A model generated the notes under the pieces. That model did not search any database. It had not been told where the DNA came from and saw only the letters and a list, made by a program, of their open reading frames with translations. Shown here piece by piece: positions 29,023-39,570 of a stretch of 64,000 nt of DNA. How positions within the stretch are numbered: position 1 is the stretch's first letter; the number at the start of each line of letters is the position of its first letter. The stretch is taken from positions 31,932 to 95,931 of the forward strand of contig CABWYP010000001.1 of the NCBI GenBank assembly GCA_902509695.1. The letters are read 5' to 3'. Both the position numbers and the translations under genes were made by a program. Source of the DNA: an uncultured Alphaproteobacteria bacterium. GTDB taxonomy: Bacteria > Pseudomonadota > Alphaproteobacteria > HIMB59.

Positions 29023-29770
29023 AATTTTTATTTTTATTTATTAAAGATTTATCTACATTTTTTATCAAATTTAATTTATATAAAATATTTTGGTATAAAT
29101 AATCTAATAATTCACAAATTGGTGTATAGTGTTCTATCTCAGCTATAGATATTTTAAATATTTGAGATAAAAATTTCTTCTCTCTTTTATTAAATTTTTC
29201 AAGATAGGAAAACATTGCAATATCATATCCTAAACTTGACTTGATGATATAATCCCAATCAATCAATAATAATTTCTTTTTTGAAATGATTAAATTTTGA
29301 AAATGTATATCGCCATGACATATTTTATTTTGGGGATATTTGTTAATATAATTTTCTAATTTTTTAATGTTAATTTTAATAATCTTATTAGAGTTAATTA
29401 CATCTAAATAACTTTTAATTTCATCTATTAATTTCTTATTTATTAAATTTTGTTTTATTTCACTCATTAACCCTATCTGATCTTTAAATTGATCTAATAG
29501 ATTCTTATTGCTGAAAAATTCTTTTTTATTTAAAGACTTCTCGCTATTAATTTCATCTATTTCGATTATGTGTTTAGATAGAATTTTATGAAAAGGTGTT
29601 ATTTTTAAATAATTAATAGAATTGTAAAATTCTTTGGATTTTTTTAAATCTTCTCTAAAAAAATGAGTGAAGGCAATTTGTTTGTAAATTTTGACTATTT
29701 TATTGTAATTTTGCGTTTTAACTCTATAAACTCTTGAAAATCCTTCATTTTTACTTTTTAAGCTGATCAT
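29003..29770 (-). CDS. APH/choline-kinase-family phosphotransferase (candidate thiamine kinase)
   Basis: Brenner motif CHGDIHFQN and IDWDY; convergent on thiQ with a 20-nt overlap. Confidence 0.65.
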   Translation of the reverse strand: MISLKSKNEGFSRVYRVKTQNYNKIVKIYKQIAFTHFFREDLKKSKEFYNSINYLKITPFHKILSKHIIEIDEINSEKSLNKKEFFSNKNLLDQFKDQIGLMSEIKQNLINKKLIDEIKSYLDVINSNKIIKINIKKLENYINKYPQNKICHGDIHFQNLIISKKKLLLIDWDYIIKSSLGYDIAMFSYLEKFNKREKKFLSQIFKISIAEIEHYTPICELLDYLYQNILYKLNLIKNVDKSLINKNKNFILNIL

Positions 29771-29941
29771 TTTTGTGACTATAAGAGAAATTTCAGATTG
29801 TTTTTACTCTAATTTTCTATACTAATCTACAAGTACTATTTAAGGCTATTTATTATTGAATTTAAATCTTCGTTTCCAAAAAAAAACATAGTTTAACGAT
29901 TTGATGGTGATTAACCTTATTAATTTAAGAAAGGTAATACG

Positions 29942-30145
29942 ATGACTACAGGAACAGTGAAATGGTTTAACCCAAAAAAAGGATATGGGTTTATTGCCCC
30001 TGATGGAGAAGATAAAGATATCTTTGTTCATATCACAGCTGTTCAACAAGCAGGATTAGACCGCCTTGATGAAGGCGATAAAGTCGAATTTGAAATTGTT
30101 GAAGACAAAGGCAAATCCAAAGCTGATCAATTAAAAAAAATCTAA
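29942..30145 (+). CDS. cspA: Cold-shock protein
   Basis: GTVKWFN, KGYGFI (RNP1), IFVH (RNP2). Confidence 0.95.
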   Translation: MTTGTVKWFNPKKGYGFIAPDGEDKDIFVHITAVQQAGLDRLDEGDKVEFEIVEDKGKSKADQLKKI

Positions 30146-30873
30146 TTGATCTTGCGTAAACTTTTTATTTTATCATAGGCTTGATTTATCTCGGATAGTC
30201 TGTCTTCAGATTTAATAATTAATTCTTGAGGTACACCCTGAGCCCTTAATTGGTCAGGGTGTAGCTCTTTACTAAGTTGTATCCACTTTTTTCTTATATC
30301 CCCGTTGCTAGCTTCTTTCTGCACACCTAAAATTTTATAGGGGTCTATTTGTTTATCTAACCACAATGATTGAATACTCTCATATTGTGTCTTATTTAAT
30401 CCAAAGTAACTAGAACAACCGTTAATAAAATTAATTTCTGGTTTGCTTATTTCACCATCTGCTTCTGCTATAAAAAAAAGAAGATTTATTATTTGTTCTA
30501 ATACCTGGGGTTGACCCTTAAAAATCATACCTAATTGCTGTGCATATTGATGATAATCCTCAGAATTTTTCTTGGCTTCATTAAAAATCTTACCAACATC
30601 ATTTTGAAAATCAGGAGGTATTTTAAATTTTTCTTTAAATGCATTTACTTCATCAGTGGTTACTTGACCATCTGCTTTAGCTAATTTTGCAGCTAAAATT
30701 ATTATACCTATTGTAATAATTTCTTGAGGTGATTGTATTTTTCCATCAAAATTAGAACTTTGTTTTCTAATTTTATCAACACTATGTCCAGCTATAACGC
30801 CCAAGAGTGCACCAATAGGTCCTCCTAAAGCAAATCCAAAAGTACCGGCTAATAGTTTTCCCCAAATGCTCAT
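30142..30873 (-). CDS. djlA: DjlA-like co-chaperone (TerB + J domain)
   Basis: N-terminal GGPIGALLG membrane segment, AKADG, C-terminal J domain with HPD. Confidence 0.9.
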   Translation of the reverse strand: MSIWGKLLAGTFGFALGGPIGALLGVIAGHSVDKIRKQSSNFDGKIQSPQEIITIGIIILAAKLAKADGQVTTDEVNAFKEKFKIPPDFQNDVGKIFNEAKKNSEDYHQYAQQLGMIFKGQPQVLEQIINLLFFIAEADGEISKPEINFINGCSSYFGLNKTQYESIQSLWLDKQIDPYKILGVQKEASNGDIRKKWIQLSKELHPDQLRAQGVPQELIIKSEDRLSEINQAYDKIKSLRKIN

Positions 30874-31514
30874 GCTAATAATTTATTAGATATCCAATTT
30901 CTAATTTCAAAACCATAGCGCTTATATTCCTTGTTAAGAGAAATATTTTCATTTAAAGATTTTTCATATTTTAAAAATTCATCTGATTTTTTAATCTGTT
31001 GATTAAAATGAATTTCAAATTCTTTTAACATAGAAAAAAAAGCTGGAGCACTACAGTCGGCTAAACTCAAACAAGAGCTTGCCAAAAAAACATTATCTCC
31101 TTTAATTCTAAAAATTAAATTGAGATTAGCTTCAAGTTCAATAAAAATATTACTTATCATCAAGTTATCTGAGGGATGAGAGGTATTCTTTACTAAGCTG
31201 AAAAGTTTTCTAATACTATTTACTAATTTTTCATCTACTAATTTTGCCATAAATCTTATTTGTATATTGTTAGAGAGATTGTTGGATAATAAAGAAGGAT
31301 CTGGCAAATATTCCTCAAAAAATTCAAGAATAGCCCCTGAGTCAGAAATCATTTTATCATCTATTGATAAACAAGGAACTGTGGCTGTGGGAGAAAAGGA
31401 ACCGTAATTATTAATAGCTTCAACTTTATCAATTTCTATGGATTTAAAATCCAATGCCACTTCTATTTTAGAACAAGAAACGCTATGAGAATTGGAATAA
31501 AGCTTTAATTTCAA
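30870..31514 (-). CDS. Glutathione S-transferase family protein (divergent)
   Basis: LY..SHS, P.ATVPCL..D..MISDSGAILEF, SLAD. Confidence 0.75.
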   Translation of the reverse strand: MKLKLYSNSHSVSCSKIEVALDFKSIEIDKVEAINNYGSFSPTATVPCLSIDDKMISDSGAILEFFEEYLPDPSLLSNNLSNNIQIRFMAKLVDEKLVNSIRKLFSLVKNTSHPSDNLMISNIFIELEANLNLIFRIKGDNVFLASSCLSLADCSAPAFFSMLKEFEIHFNQQIKKSDEFLKYEKSLNENISLNKEYKRYGFEIRNWISNKLLA

Positions 31515-31519
31515 AATAG

Positions 31520-32557
31520 TTATTTAAGCCACTCATTTACTTTATTATGATCTTTTAAACTTTCCTCATTACCATGTGCAAAATGTTTTGTCATATCCGG
31601 ATAATATTTATAAGCAATAGGTTTTCTTCCCATTGCTACTGCCATTTCACGAACATGGTGAGGATCAGCACCACAACAAATTCCTATAAAGTTTACATTT
31701 AAGTCCATACATTGTTTTGTAAATTCGGCCATTTCATAGCGATTACAGGTTAGCCCATCTAAAGCAATGTGTGAAACATTACCATCAATACAATTGCAAT
31801 TTGGGTCTTTTATGTACATATGTGTAGGGTATTCTTCATTTGTCCTGTATGGGACTGGAAGAGCTGCAACATGACATGAAACTTCATTTCTTATGCTTGG
31901 GAGTAGTTTCATCATCATATCAGGACCCCTGTAGCAATTTAAACCAACAACATCTGCACCATGATCTTCAAGTATTTTACAAGCTTCAGCTGCAGTATGA
32001 CCTTCTCTTGTTTTACCTCCCTTATGTATAGCTAAATTTACAACTGCAATTAATCCTGCTTCTTTTATTTCTTTCAAGGCTATTTTAGCTTCTTCTGTCC
32101 AACTAATTGTTTCAGCAATTACAAAGTCAACATTCTCTTCCTTAGCCCATTCAATTTGTTCCTTGAACATTTTTTGGCAGTCAACATGCGATTGTTTATT
32201 GTTAGGATCATAAATATTTGTATTGGCAACATTTCCAGCAATCATTAAATCTAATTCTGGAAATTCTGCAGCTGCGTCTTTTGCAATTTTAAGAGCATTT
32301 TTTTGAAGAGGCTCTAATAAATCCTCTTTACCAATAAGGCGAAGTTTTTCTCGATGACCATAATAAGTGAAGGCTTGAACTACATCACTGCCAGCACGGA
32401 TAAATTCTCTATGTAGTTGTGTGACTACTTCTGGATGCTCTAAAACTACTTCAGGAACATATGCGCCAGCTTGAAGGTATCCTCTTCTTTCCATAGCAAA
32501 AAGATATCCTTCGGCACAAAGGATTGGACCTTGATTCAATTTTTCAATCAAATTCAT
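31520..32557 (-). CDS. bhmT: Betaine-homocysteine S-methyltransferase family
   Basis: EGYLFAMERRGYL.AG, HREF.RAGSDV.QAFTYY, Zn ligands GLNC and GICCG. Confidence 0.9.
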   Translation of the reverse strand: MNLIEKLNQGPILCAEGYLFAMERRGYLQAGAYVPEVVLEHPEVVTQLHREFIRAGSDVVQAFTYYGHREKLRLIGKEDLLEPLQKNALKIAKDAAAEFPELDLMIAGNVANTNIYDPNNKQSHVDCQKMFKEQIEWAKEENVDFVIAETISWTEEAKIALKEIKEAGLIAVVNLAIHKGGKTREGHTAAEACKILEDHGADVVGLNCYRGPDMMMKLLPSIRNEVSCHVAALPVPYRTNEEYPTHMYIKDPNCNCIDGNVSHIALDGLTCNRYEMAEFTKQCMDLNVNFIGICCGADPHHVREMAVAMGRKPIAYKYYPDMTKHFAHGNEESLKDHNKVNEWLK

Positions 32558-32713
32558 ATTAATTCCTCCAAAAAATTATTAAGTTATTTGAATTATTAAT
32601 ATTTTATAAGGATTTTTCTATCGAAAAATAACAACTAATCACTTTTTTGCCTTATTTAAACTTAAAAACAAACCACAGGTATGGTATTTTGTCCATAGGA
32701 TAGGAGGAGAAAA

Positions 32714-33655
32714 ATGACACTTTTTAAAAAACTGATAGCAGGGCTATCTATTTCATTTTTTCTTATAAGTAATACTTCAGCCGTAGAGTCACAAGATCCA
32801 ATTAAGTTAACTTTACACGATTGGACTGGACAACATATTACAACAAATATTATGGCAGAGGTATTAAAGGAGGCTGGATATAATATTGAATTAATTCAAG
32901 CCGATTACATCGCACAATTTGCTGGTCTTCAAACTGGTGATCTTCACGTAGCTATGGAAATGTGGGAGACAACAGGAAGAGATGCTATTGACGAATACAC
33001 ACCTGATGGAAGGGTTGTCAATGTTGGTTCAACAGGTATGGATGCGATAGAAGAGTGGTGGTATCCTTCTTATATGAAGGATGTATGTCCTGGCTTACCA
33101 AATTGGGAAGTTTTGAATGAATGTGCTGAGGCTTTTTCAACTATGGAAACAGCACCAATGGGAAGATATCTTGGTGGACCAGTAACCTGGGGTGGTTTTG
33201 ATGATGAAAGAGTAGAGGCATTAGGTTTAGACTGGGAAGTTATACATGCTGGAACAGATGCCGCTTTATTTGCAGAATTAGAATCAGCATATCAACGTAA
33301 AGATCCAATTATGTTATGGGTTTACGCTCCACATTGGGCACCTTCAAAATTTGATGGTGAGTTTGTAGATTTTCCAGCTTATACAACTGAATGTTATACT
33401 GATCCTTCATGGGGTATTAATCCTGACTCAGCTTATGATTGTGGTAAGCCAAGAGGACCAATTTGGAAAATTGCTTCAAGCCAATTAAAAGATAAATGGC
33501 CTGGTGCATATGATGCTGTTGAAGCATTTAATATTTCAAATGATGAGATGGGTAAAATGGTTGCTGAAGTTGATTTAGATGGAAAAGCCCTAGAGGATGT
33601 TGTTTCAAATTGGATGTCTTCAAATTCCTCAAGATGGCAGTCTTGGATTAAATAA
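32714..33655 (+). CDS. Betaine/TMAO-class ABC substrate-binding protein
   Basis: Signal peptide, DPIKLTLHDWTGQ, GDLHVAMEMW, WWYPSY...CPGLPNW; paralogous to the protein at 46382. Confidence 0.88.
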   Translation: MTLFKKLIAGLSISFFLISNTSAVESQDPIKLTLHDWTGQHITTNIMAEVLKEAGYNIELIQADYIAQFAGLQTGDLHVAMEMWETTGRDAIDEYTPDGRVVNVGSTGMDAIEEWWYPSYMKDVCPGLPNWEVLNECAEAFSTMETAPMGRYLGGPVTWGGFDDERVEALGLDWEVIHAGTDAALFAELESAYQRKDPIMLWVYAPHWAPSKFDGEFVDFPAYTTECYTDPSWGINPDSAYDCGKPRGPIWKIASSQLKDKWPGAYDAVEAFNISNDEMGKMVAEVDLDGKALEDVVSNWMSSNSSRWQSWIK

Positions 33656-33663
33656 TTTAAATT

Positions 33664-33690
33664 TATGAGGGCGATATAATCGCCCTCATA
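33664..33690 (+). terminator. Stem-loop after SBP gene
   Basis: TATGAGGGCGAT-ATA-ATCGCCCTCATA, 12-bp perfect stem. Confidence 0.7.
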
Positions 33691-33694
33691 CTTT

Positions 33695-35692
33695 ATGAAT
33701 AAAAAAACTTTTTTTTTTAGTCAGCAAAAAAATATTTTCATTATATTTGTTTTTTTAACTGCCTTTATTTCTATTTATGGAAAATCATTTTTAAAAAATT
33801 CAGATTTATTTTGGGCTTTTAAGTATCCCAAAAATTTTATAATTCCATTAAAAACTTATATTTCTTCTTTTATGAAATGGTTAGTTGAAAGTGCAAACTT
33901 TGGACTATTTACATTCAAAGAATTAACAAGAGCCATATCATGGTGTATTGAAATACCCTATAAATTTGTCTTGTCCTTGATAGCAAAAGGTTTTTACCAA
34001 GGTCAAGGAAGCCAGGCAGTTCTTCTTCTAAGCCCTATTAGTTGGATGGCAATTGTAATAATTATGACAATTATAGCTATTAAACTTAATGATATAAAAT
34101 TAGCTGTTCTAACTTTTTTTTCTTTTTTATATTTGGCTGTATTTGGTCAATGGGAAAGTTCCATGGTTACCATAGCATCAATTTTTATAGCAGTCCCTTT
34201 TGGTGTCTTAATAGGTTTAATCACTGGTATTATTAGTTATAAAAACCAAACCGCTCATAAGATCATCTCCCCAATTTTAAATTTAATGCAAACAATGCCA
34301 GTCTTTGCATATTTAGTTCCAGTATTAGTTTTATTTGGATTTGGACCTGTATCTGCACTTATAGCTACAATTATTTATGCTCTTCCACCAATGGTTCATA
34401 CTTCTTACTTAGGTTTAAAAAGCATTGACCCTTTTATTATAGAAGCAGGAAGAATGTCTGGCTGTAATAATAGACAATTGCTTTGGAAAGTAGAAATACC
34501 CTCTGCCCTTAGTTCAATAAAAGTTGGTATTAATCAGGTCATCATGCTTTCATTTAATATGGTTATCATAGCCTCAATGATTGGTGCCGGGGGATTAGGT
34601 TACGACGTATTAACTTCCCTGAGAAAATTAGACATAGGAGGAGGTGTAGAGGCAGGGTTAGCAATTGTAATTATTGCAATAGTTTTAGATAGAATGAGTT
34701 TTGTCTTTATTGGATCACAAAAAATATACAAAAATAAAAAGATGAATTTTTTTATTAGAAATATTTATTTTATTTTAATGATTTGTCTAATCTTGATAAC
34801 ATACATTGGAGGATCTTTTTTTAGTATCATACAAAGCTATCCCAGTACTTTTTTTATAAGTACTTCTGAATTTTGGGAAAAATCAATTAAACATATAAAT
34901 ATTAATTATTATGATCAGTTAGAAATAACAAAGTTTTACATACTCAAGTTTTTTATGCTTCCAATTAAAAAGTTCTTTTTATCCATTCCATGGCCTTGGT
35001 TTGTATTAGTATTTACTTTACTGGGGTGGCATTATGGAAAATTCAAATTAGCAATCCTTAACTTCTCTCTTTTGTCGTTTATCGTAGTAAATGGACTGTG
35101 GATGAAAGCGATGGTGACCATTTATTTATGTGGGGCTAGTGTAATTTTAGCTTGTTTAATAGGAATTCCATTAGGCATATGGGGAGGTTTGAATCAGAGA
35201 GCCAACAGGATCCTATTAAGCATTACTGATACTTTGCAAACATTACCCAGTTTCGTTTATCTCATCCCAGTTGTAATGTTATTTAGAGTTGGAGATTTTA
35301 CAGCCATGTTGGCAGTTATTCTTTACTCTCTTGCCCCTGCAGTTAAGTACACAATTCATGGTATTAAAAATGTAAATCAAGAAGTAATTGATGCCGGTAT
35401 TGCAAATGGTTGTAACAAAAGGCAACTTCTTTTTAAAATTCGACTTCCATTAGCTCTTCCTGAAATCCTTTTGGGCATTAATCAAACAATAATGCTTGCT
35501 TTATCAATGTTGGTAATTACAGCTCTTGTTGGAACTAGAGAATTAGGTCAAGAAGTTTATATCGCTTTAACTAAAGCAGATATAGGTAGGGGCTTAGTAG
35601 CAGGCCTATGTGTTGCATTTATTGCGATCATTGCAGATAACACAATAAAATCTGCTAGTAAACGGCTAAAGAATAAGTATGGTTTCATATAA
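33695..35692 (+). CDS. ProW-type ABC permease with two fused domains
   Basis: Two copies of QT.P.F.YL.P and EAA-type loops (EAGRMSG, DAGIANG), G.NQ..ML. Confidence 0.9.
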   Translation: MNKKTFFFSQQKNIFIIFVFLTAFISIYGKSFLKNSDLFWAFKYPKNFIIPLKTYISSFMKWLVESANFGLFTFKELTRAISWCIEIPYKFVLSLIAKGFYQGQGSQAVLLLSPISWMAIVIIMTIIAIKLNDIKLAVLTFFSFLYLAVFGQWESSMVTIASIFIAVPFGVLIGLITGIISYKNQTAHKIISPILNLMQTMPVFAYLVPVLVLFGFGPVSALIATIIYALPPMVHTSYLGLKSIDPFIIEAGRMSGCNNRQLLWKVEIPSALSSIKVGINQVIMLSFNMVIIASMIGAGGLGYDVLTSLRKLDIGGGVEAGLAIVIIAIVLDRMSFVFIGSQKIYKNKKMNFFIRNIYFILMICLILITYIGGSFFSIIQSYPSTFFISTSEFWEKSIKHININYYDQLEITKFYILKFFMLPIKKFFLSIPWPWFVLVFTLLGWHYGKFKLAILNFSLLSFIVVNGLWMKAMVTIYLCGASVILACLIGIPLGIWGGLNQRANRILLSITDTLQTLPSFVYLIPVVMLFRVGDFTAMLAVILYSLAPAVKYTIHGIKNVNQEVIDAGIANGCNKRQLLFKIRLPLALPEILLGINQTIMLALSMLVITALVGTRELGQEVYIALTKADIGRGLVAGLCVAFIAIIADNTIKSASKRLKNKYGFI

Positions 35693-35694
35693 AA

Positions 35695-36552
35695 ATGGAG
35701 AATGAAAATAAGATTAAATCTTTACCAATTTGGAAAGGTAAAATTGATATCAAACCCTTAGATGGTGGCATTACAAATCTTAATTTTTTAGTTAATGACT
35801 CTGGTAGTGAACTAGTGGTTAGGTTAGGGTCAGACATACCTGAACATTTAGTTTATCGATCTAATGAGATCATCGTAAGTAAAGCTGCATATGAAATAGG
35901 CGTATCACCAAAATTAATTTACAATGAACCAGGTGTATTAGTTTTAGATTTTATTAAAAGTACAACCTTAGATCCCTCGACAGTTAAAAGTAATTTAGAA
36001 AGAATAATTCCTGTTATAAAAAAAATTCATAATCAAATTCCCAGTAACCTTTCAGGGCAACCTTCAATTTTTTGGGTGTTTTATGTAATTAAATATTATT
36101 CCAATTTTTTACTTAAAAATAAAAGCAGTCATTCTTCGTTAATCCCTGAGTTGCTTTTAAAATCTGATAAATTAGAAAAACTATCCTCTCCAAGGGAAAT
36201 TGTATTCGGGCATAACGATCTACTAGCCGCAAATTTTCTTGATGATGGTTCTAAAATATGGGTAATAGATTGGGAATATGGAGGTTTTAATGACCCATTG
36301 TTTGATATTGGGGGACTTGCATCCAATAACGATTTTAGCTTAGATACGGAAAATTTAGCCCTGGAAATGTATTTCAATAAAAAACCCTCTACGGAATTAA
36401 TGATTAGATACAATGCAATGAAAACTGCTAGTTTGCTTAGAGAAACTATGTGGAGTATGGTTTCTGAAATTACATCAAAATTGGACTTTGATTATGGCGT
36501 TTATACCTCAGAAAATTTGTCAAAATTTAGTTCCTCATTTGATAAATTATAA
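35695..36552 (+). CDS. Choline/ethanolamine kinase-family protein
   Basis: GGITN, HNDLLAAN (Brenner motif), IDWEYGG, LLRETMWS. Confidence 0.85.
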   Translation: MENENKIKSLPIWKGKIDIKPLDGGITNLNFLVNDSGSELVVRLGSDIPEHLVYRSNEIIVSKAAYEIGVSPKLIYNEPGVLVLDFIKSTTLDPSTVKSNLERIIPVIKKIHNQIPSNLSGQPSIFWVFYVIKYYSNFLLKNKSSHSSLIPELLLKSDKLEKLSSPREIVFGHNDLLAANFLDDGSKIWVIDWEYGGFNDPLFDIGGLASNNDFSLDTENLALEMYFNKKPSTELMIRYNAMKTASLLRETMWSMVSEITSKLDFDYGVYTSENLSKFSSSFDKL

Positions 36553-38984
36553 TGGTGAATAGTTCAAAAATTGTAATCATTGGAGGAGGCATAGTGGGCT
36601 GTTCAACAGCTTATCACCTAGCCAATCTAGGCCAAGAAGTTTGTTTAATTGAAAGTGGCAAACTAACATCAGGTAGTACGTGGCATGCAGCTGGTTTAGT
36701 TGGTCAATTAAGAACAAATGCAAACATCACACAGTTACTTGGTTATTCAGTTGATCTATATAATAAATTAGAGGAAGAAACTGGTCTTAGTACTGGATGG
36801 AAAATGAATGGTGGATTGAGACTAGCTTGCAACAAAGAAAGATGGCAAGAAGTTTTAAGACAAACAACTACAGCTCACTCTTTTGGCCTTGAAATGGAAC
36901 TTCTCTCAGCCAAAGAGGCAAAAGATTTATGGCCCATTATGAATATTGATGATGTTTATGGTGCCGCTTTTCTTCCCACAGATGGTCAAGCTAACCCTAC
37001 AGATATTTCTCAAGCTTTAGCCAAAGGGGCTAGAAATAAAGGGGCAAAAATTATTGAAGAGACAAAAGCTATTAAAGTAATTTTAGAAGATGGTGTTATC
37101 AAAGGATTAGAAACTGATAAAGGTATTATAAATTGTGAAAAAATAGTTACTTGTTGTGGTCAATGGACCAGACAGTTTTCTGAAACTGTAGGCGTGAATG
37201 TTCCGTTAGTTTCATTTCAACATCAGTATCTAGTTACAGAAAAAATTGAAGGGGTGAGTTCTAATCTTCCTACATTAAGAGATCCCGATCGTTTAATATA
37301 CTTTAAAGAAGAGGTTGGAGGCTTGGTAATGGGTGGTTATGAACCAAATCCGTTATCTTGGGCTGAAAAGTCTGTGCCAGAAGACTTTCATTTTTCATTA
37401 TTAGATTCTAATTTTGATCATTTTGAGCAAATCATGAACAACGCGCTAGGAAGGGTTCCAAAATTGGAAACTGCTGGTATTAAAGAGCTCATAAATGGTC
37501 CTGAAAGCTTTACTCCTGATGGAAATTTTATCTTAGGCGAAAGCCCTGAGTTAAAGAATTTTTATGTTGGTGCTGGCTTTAATGCCTATGGTATTGCTGC
37601 AGGAGGTGGAGCTGGTATGGCTCTTGCAGAATGGGTAGCCAACGGCCAACCACCATATGATTTATGGCCAGTTGATATTAGAAGATTTGGTAAACCTCAT
37701 CAAGATTTAGAGTGGGTGAGAAAGAGAACATATGAAGCTTATGCAAAACATTACACCATGGCATGGCCTTTTGAAGAAAACTCTTCAGTCAGAGAATTTA
37801 AAATTTCACCAATTTATGATCACTTAAAAAAAGCCAATGCTTGTTTTGGGGAAAAGATGGGGTGGGAAAGACCTAATTGGTTTGCTGCCGAAGGTGAAGA
37901 GGCAAAAGATATCTATTCTTTTGATAGGCAAAATTGGTTTGAAAATGTTGGTAATGAAGTTAAAGCAGCTAGAGAAAAAGCAGTTATAATTGATCAAACT
38001 TCTTTTGCAAAATTTATGATATCTGGAAAAGACTCATCTGAAGCTCTTAATTATATTTGTGCAAATAAAATAGATAAACCTGTCGGGACAACTATTTACA
38101 CTCAAATGCTAAATCATAATGGAGGTATAGAGTGTGATGTTACAATAACCATTCTTGATGAAAATATTTTTTATTTGGTGACAGGAACAGGTTTTATGAC
38201 ACATGATTTTGATTGGATTAAAACAAATATTCCAAATGGCATGGATGTAAAAGTTAAGAACATTACTTATGATAATTCAGTATTTGCTTTGATGGGACCA
38301 AACTCTAGAAAAATTCTTCAAGGGGTAACTCAAACGAGTATGGCAAATGAAGATTTCCCATTTGCTACTTATAAAAAAATTCAAATTGGAAATTCGGAAG
38401 TAAATGCAATTAGAATTACTTACATGGGAGAATTAGGTTGGGAGCTTCATTTTCCTATAGATTATGCAGCTGATGTTTACGAAACAATTATGAACTATGG
38501 ACAAGAATTTGGACTGATAAATGCTGGTTATCGTTGTCTTGAAAGTTGTAGATTGGAAAAAGGTTACCGTGCTTGGGGTTCAGATATTGGTCCAGACCAT
38601 ACTCCTTTAGAGGCTGGCTTAGGTTGGGCCACTAAAATAAATAGCAATAGAGATTTTATTGGAAAACAAGCTCTTATTGACCAAAAGAAACAAGGTGTAA
38701 AAAAAATCTTTGCAGGATTTACTTGCGATGACCCGGATCAAATACTCTTAGGTAGAGAGACCATCTTTAGAAATGGAAAACAAGTTGGATGGTTATCTAG
38801 TGGTGGTTATGGCTATACAATTAGTAAACCTATTGGTTATGGTTATATAAGAAGCAAAGATACAATTGATAGAGATTATGTCATGAATGGAAAATATGAA
38901 TTAGAAATTGCTACAAAAAAAATTCCCTGCACAGTTCATTTATCCCCACTCTATGATAAAGAAATGAATAAAATCAAATCTTAA
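36552..38984 (+). CDS. Dimethylglycine/sarcosine dehydrogenase-like flavoprotein (FAD + GcvT domain)
   Basis: IIGGGIVG, TSGSTWHAAG (covalent-FAD His), NGPESFTPD, GWERPNWF, YMGELGWEL, RLEKGY. Confidence 0.9.
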   Translation: MVNSSKIVIIGGGIVGCSTAYHLANLGQEVCLIESGKLTSGSTWHAAGLVGQLRTNANITQLLGYSVDLYNKLEEETGLSTGWKMNGGLRLACNKERWQEVLRQTTTAHSFGLEMELLSAKEAKDLWPIMNIDDVYGAAFLPTDGQANPTDISQALAKGARNKGAKIIEETKAIKVILEDGVIKGLETDKGIINCEKIVTCCGQWTRQFSETVGVNVPLVSFQHQYLVTEKIEGVSSNLPTLRDPDRLIYFKEEVGGLVMGGYEPNPLSWAEKSVPEDFHFSLLDSNFDHFEQIMNNALGRVPKLETAGIKELINGPESFTPDGNFILGESPELKNFYVGAGFNAYGIAAGGGAGMALAEWVANGQPPYDLWPVDIRRFGKPHQDLEWVRKRTYEAYAKHYTMAWPFEENSSVREFKISPIYDHLKKANACFGEKMGWERPNWFAAEGEEAKDIYSFDRQNWFENVGNEVKAAREKAVIIDQTSFAKFMISGKDSSEALNYICANKIDKPVGTTIYTQMLNHNGGIECDVTITILDENIFYLVTGTGFMTHDFDWIKTNIPNGMDVKVKNITYDNSVFALMGPNSRKILQGVTQTSMANEDFPFATYKKIQIGNSEVNAIRITYMGELGWELHFPIDYAADVYETIMNYGQEFGLINAGYRCLESCRLEKGYRAWGSDIGPDHTPLEAGLGWATKINSNRDFIGKQALIDQKKQGVKKIFAGFTCDDPDQILLGRETIFRNGKQVGWLSSGGYGYTISKPIGYGYIRSKDTIDRDYVMNGKYELEIATKKIPCTVHLSPLYDKEMNKIKS

Positions 38985-39519
38985 GCTCAAGAATTTTTAT
39001 TAGTGAGTATTTCGTCACTATATTTTGAGTCTTTTTAGATTTAGCAAATTTCAAAACTTCTTTTTTATTCAAAGGTATAATTTCAATATCTTCACCTTCT
39101 TTTGTATTTATAATTCTAAAATTAATAATTTTAGGAACTTTTGCAAAAAAAATATCTGTAACCTCTTCAAGACAGTCTGGTGCGATAATAAGAGAGTCTA
39201 ATTTTTTTAAGGATAATGGTTTGACACCTAATTCTTCTTTTATTTCTCTGATAGCTGCTTGTCGACTAGTTTCATTTTTTTTAATTCCACCAGCTACGAC
39301 TTCTAAAGGGAAAGGGATAAATTTATTATAGTGATAATTTGGTCTAAATTGCCTTATAAAATAAAATAACTTTACATCAGAATTATAACAAATTGCAGAT
39401 ACACTTTTTCCATTAAATATAAAATTTTCTTTAATATTATTTGATTTATCACCAAATTTCATTTCCATATTTAATTCATAAATATTTTGAAATATTTTAT
39501 TTTTTTTAATTATTTTCAT
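38974..39519 (-). CDS. NUDIX hydrolase (ADP-ribose pyrophosphatase-like)
   Basis: QFRP, Nudix box AGG....E....AA.RE..EELG. Confidence 0.85.
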   Translation of the reverse strand: MKIIKKNKIFQNIYELNMEMKFGDKSNNIKENFIFNGKSVSAICYNSDVKLFYFIRQFRPNYHYNKFIPFPLEVVAGGIKKNETSRQAAIREIKEELGVKPLSLKKLDSLIIAPDCLEEVTDIFFAKVPKIINFRIINTKEGEDIEIIPLNKKEVLKFAKSKKTQNIVTKYSLIKILELKI

Positions 39520-39570
39520 AATTTTGCATCTTGAAAGTCTTTAAACATAGTTTATTTTATTGATCTTCAA

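Noticed and set aside
26769-29770. Very low-GC tract as horizontally acquired DNA or pseudogenes
   Set aside because: Reading frames are intact with key motifs kept; similar AT drift appears in other genes here (NUDIX, alr), and there are no mobility genes.
32558-32713. SAM-V riboswitch upstream of bhmT, as in some SAR11
   Set aside because: The minus-strand leader is plain AT-rich sequence with no recognisable conserved core or stems.
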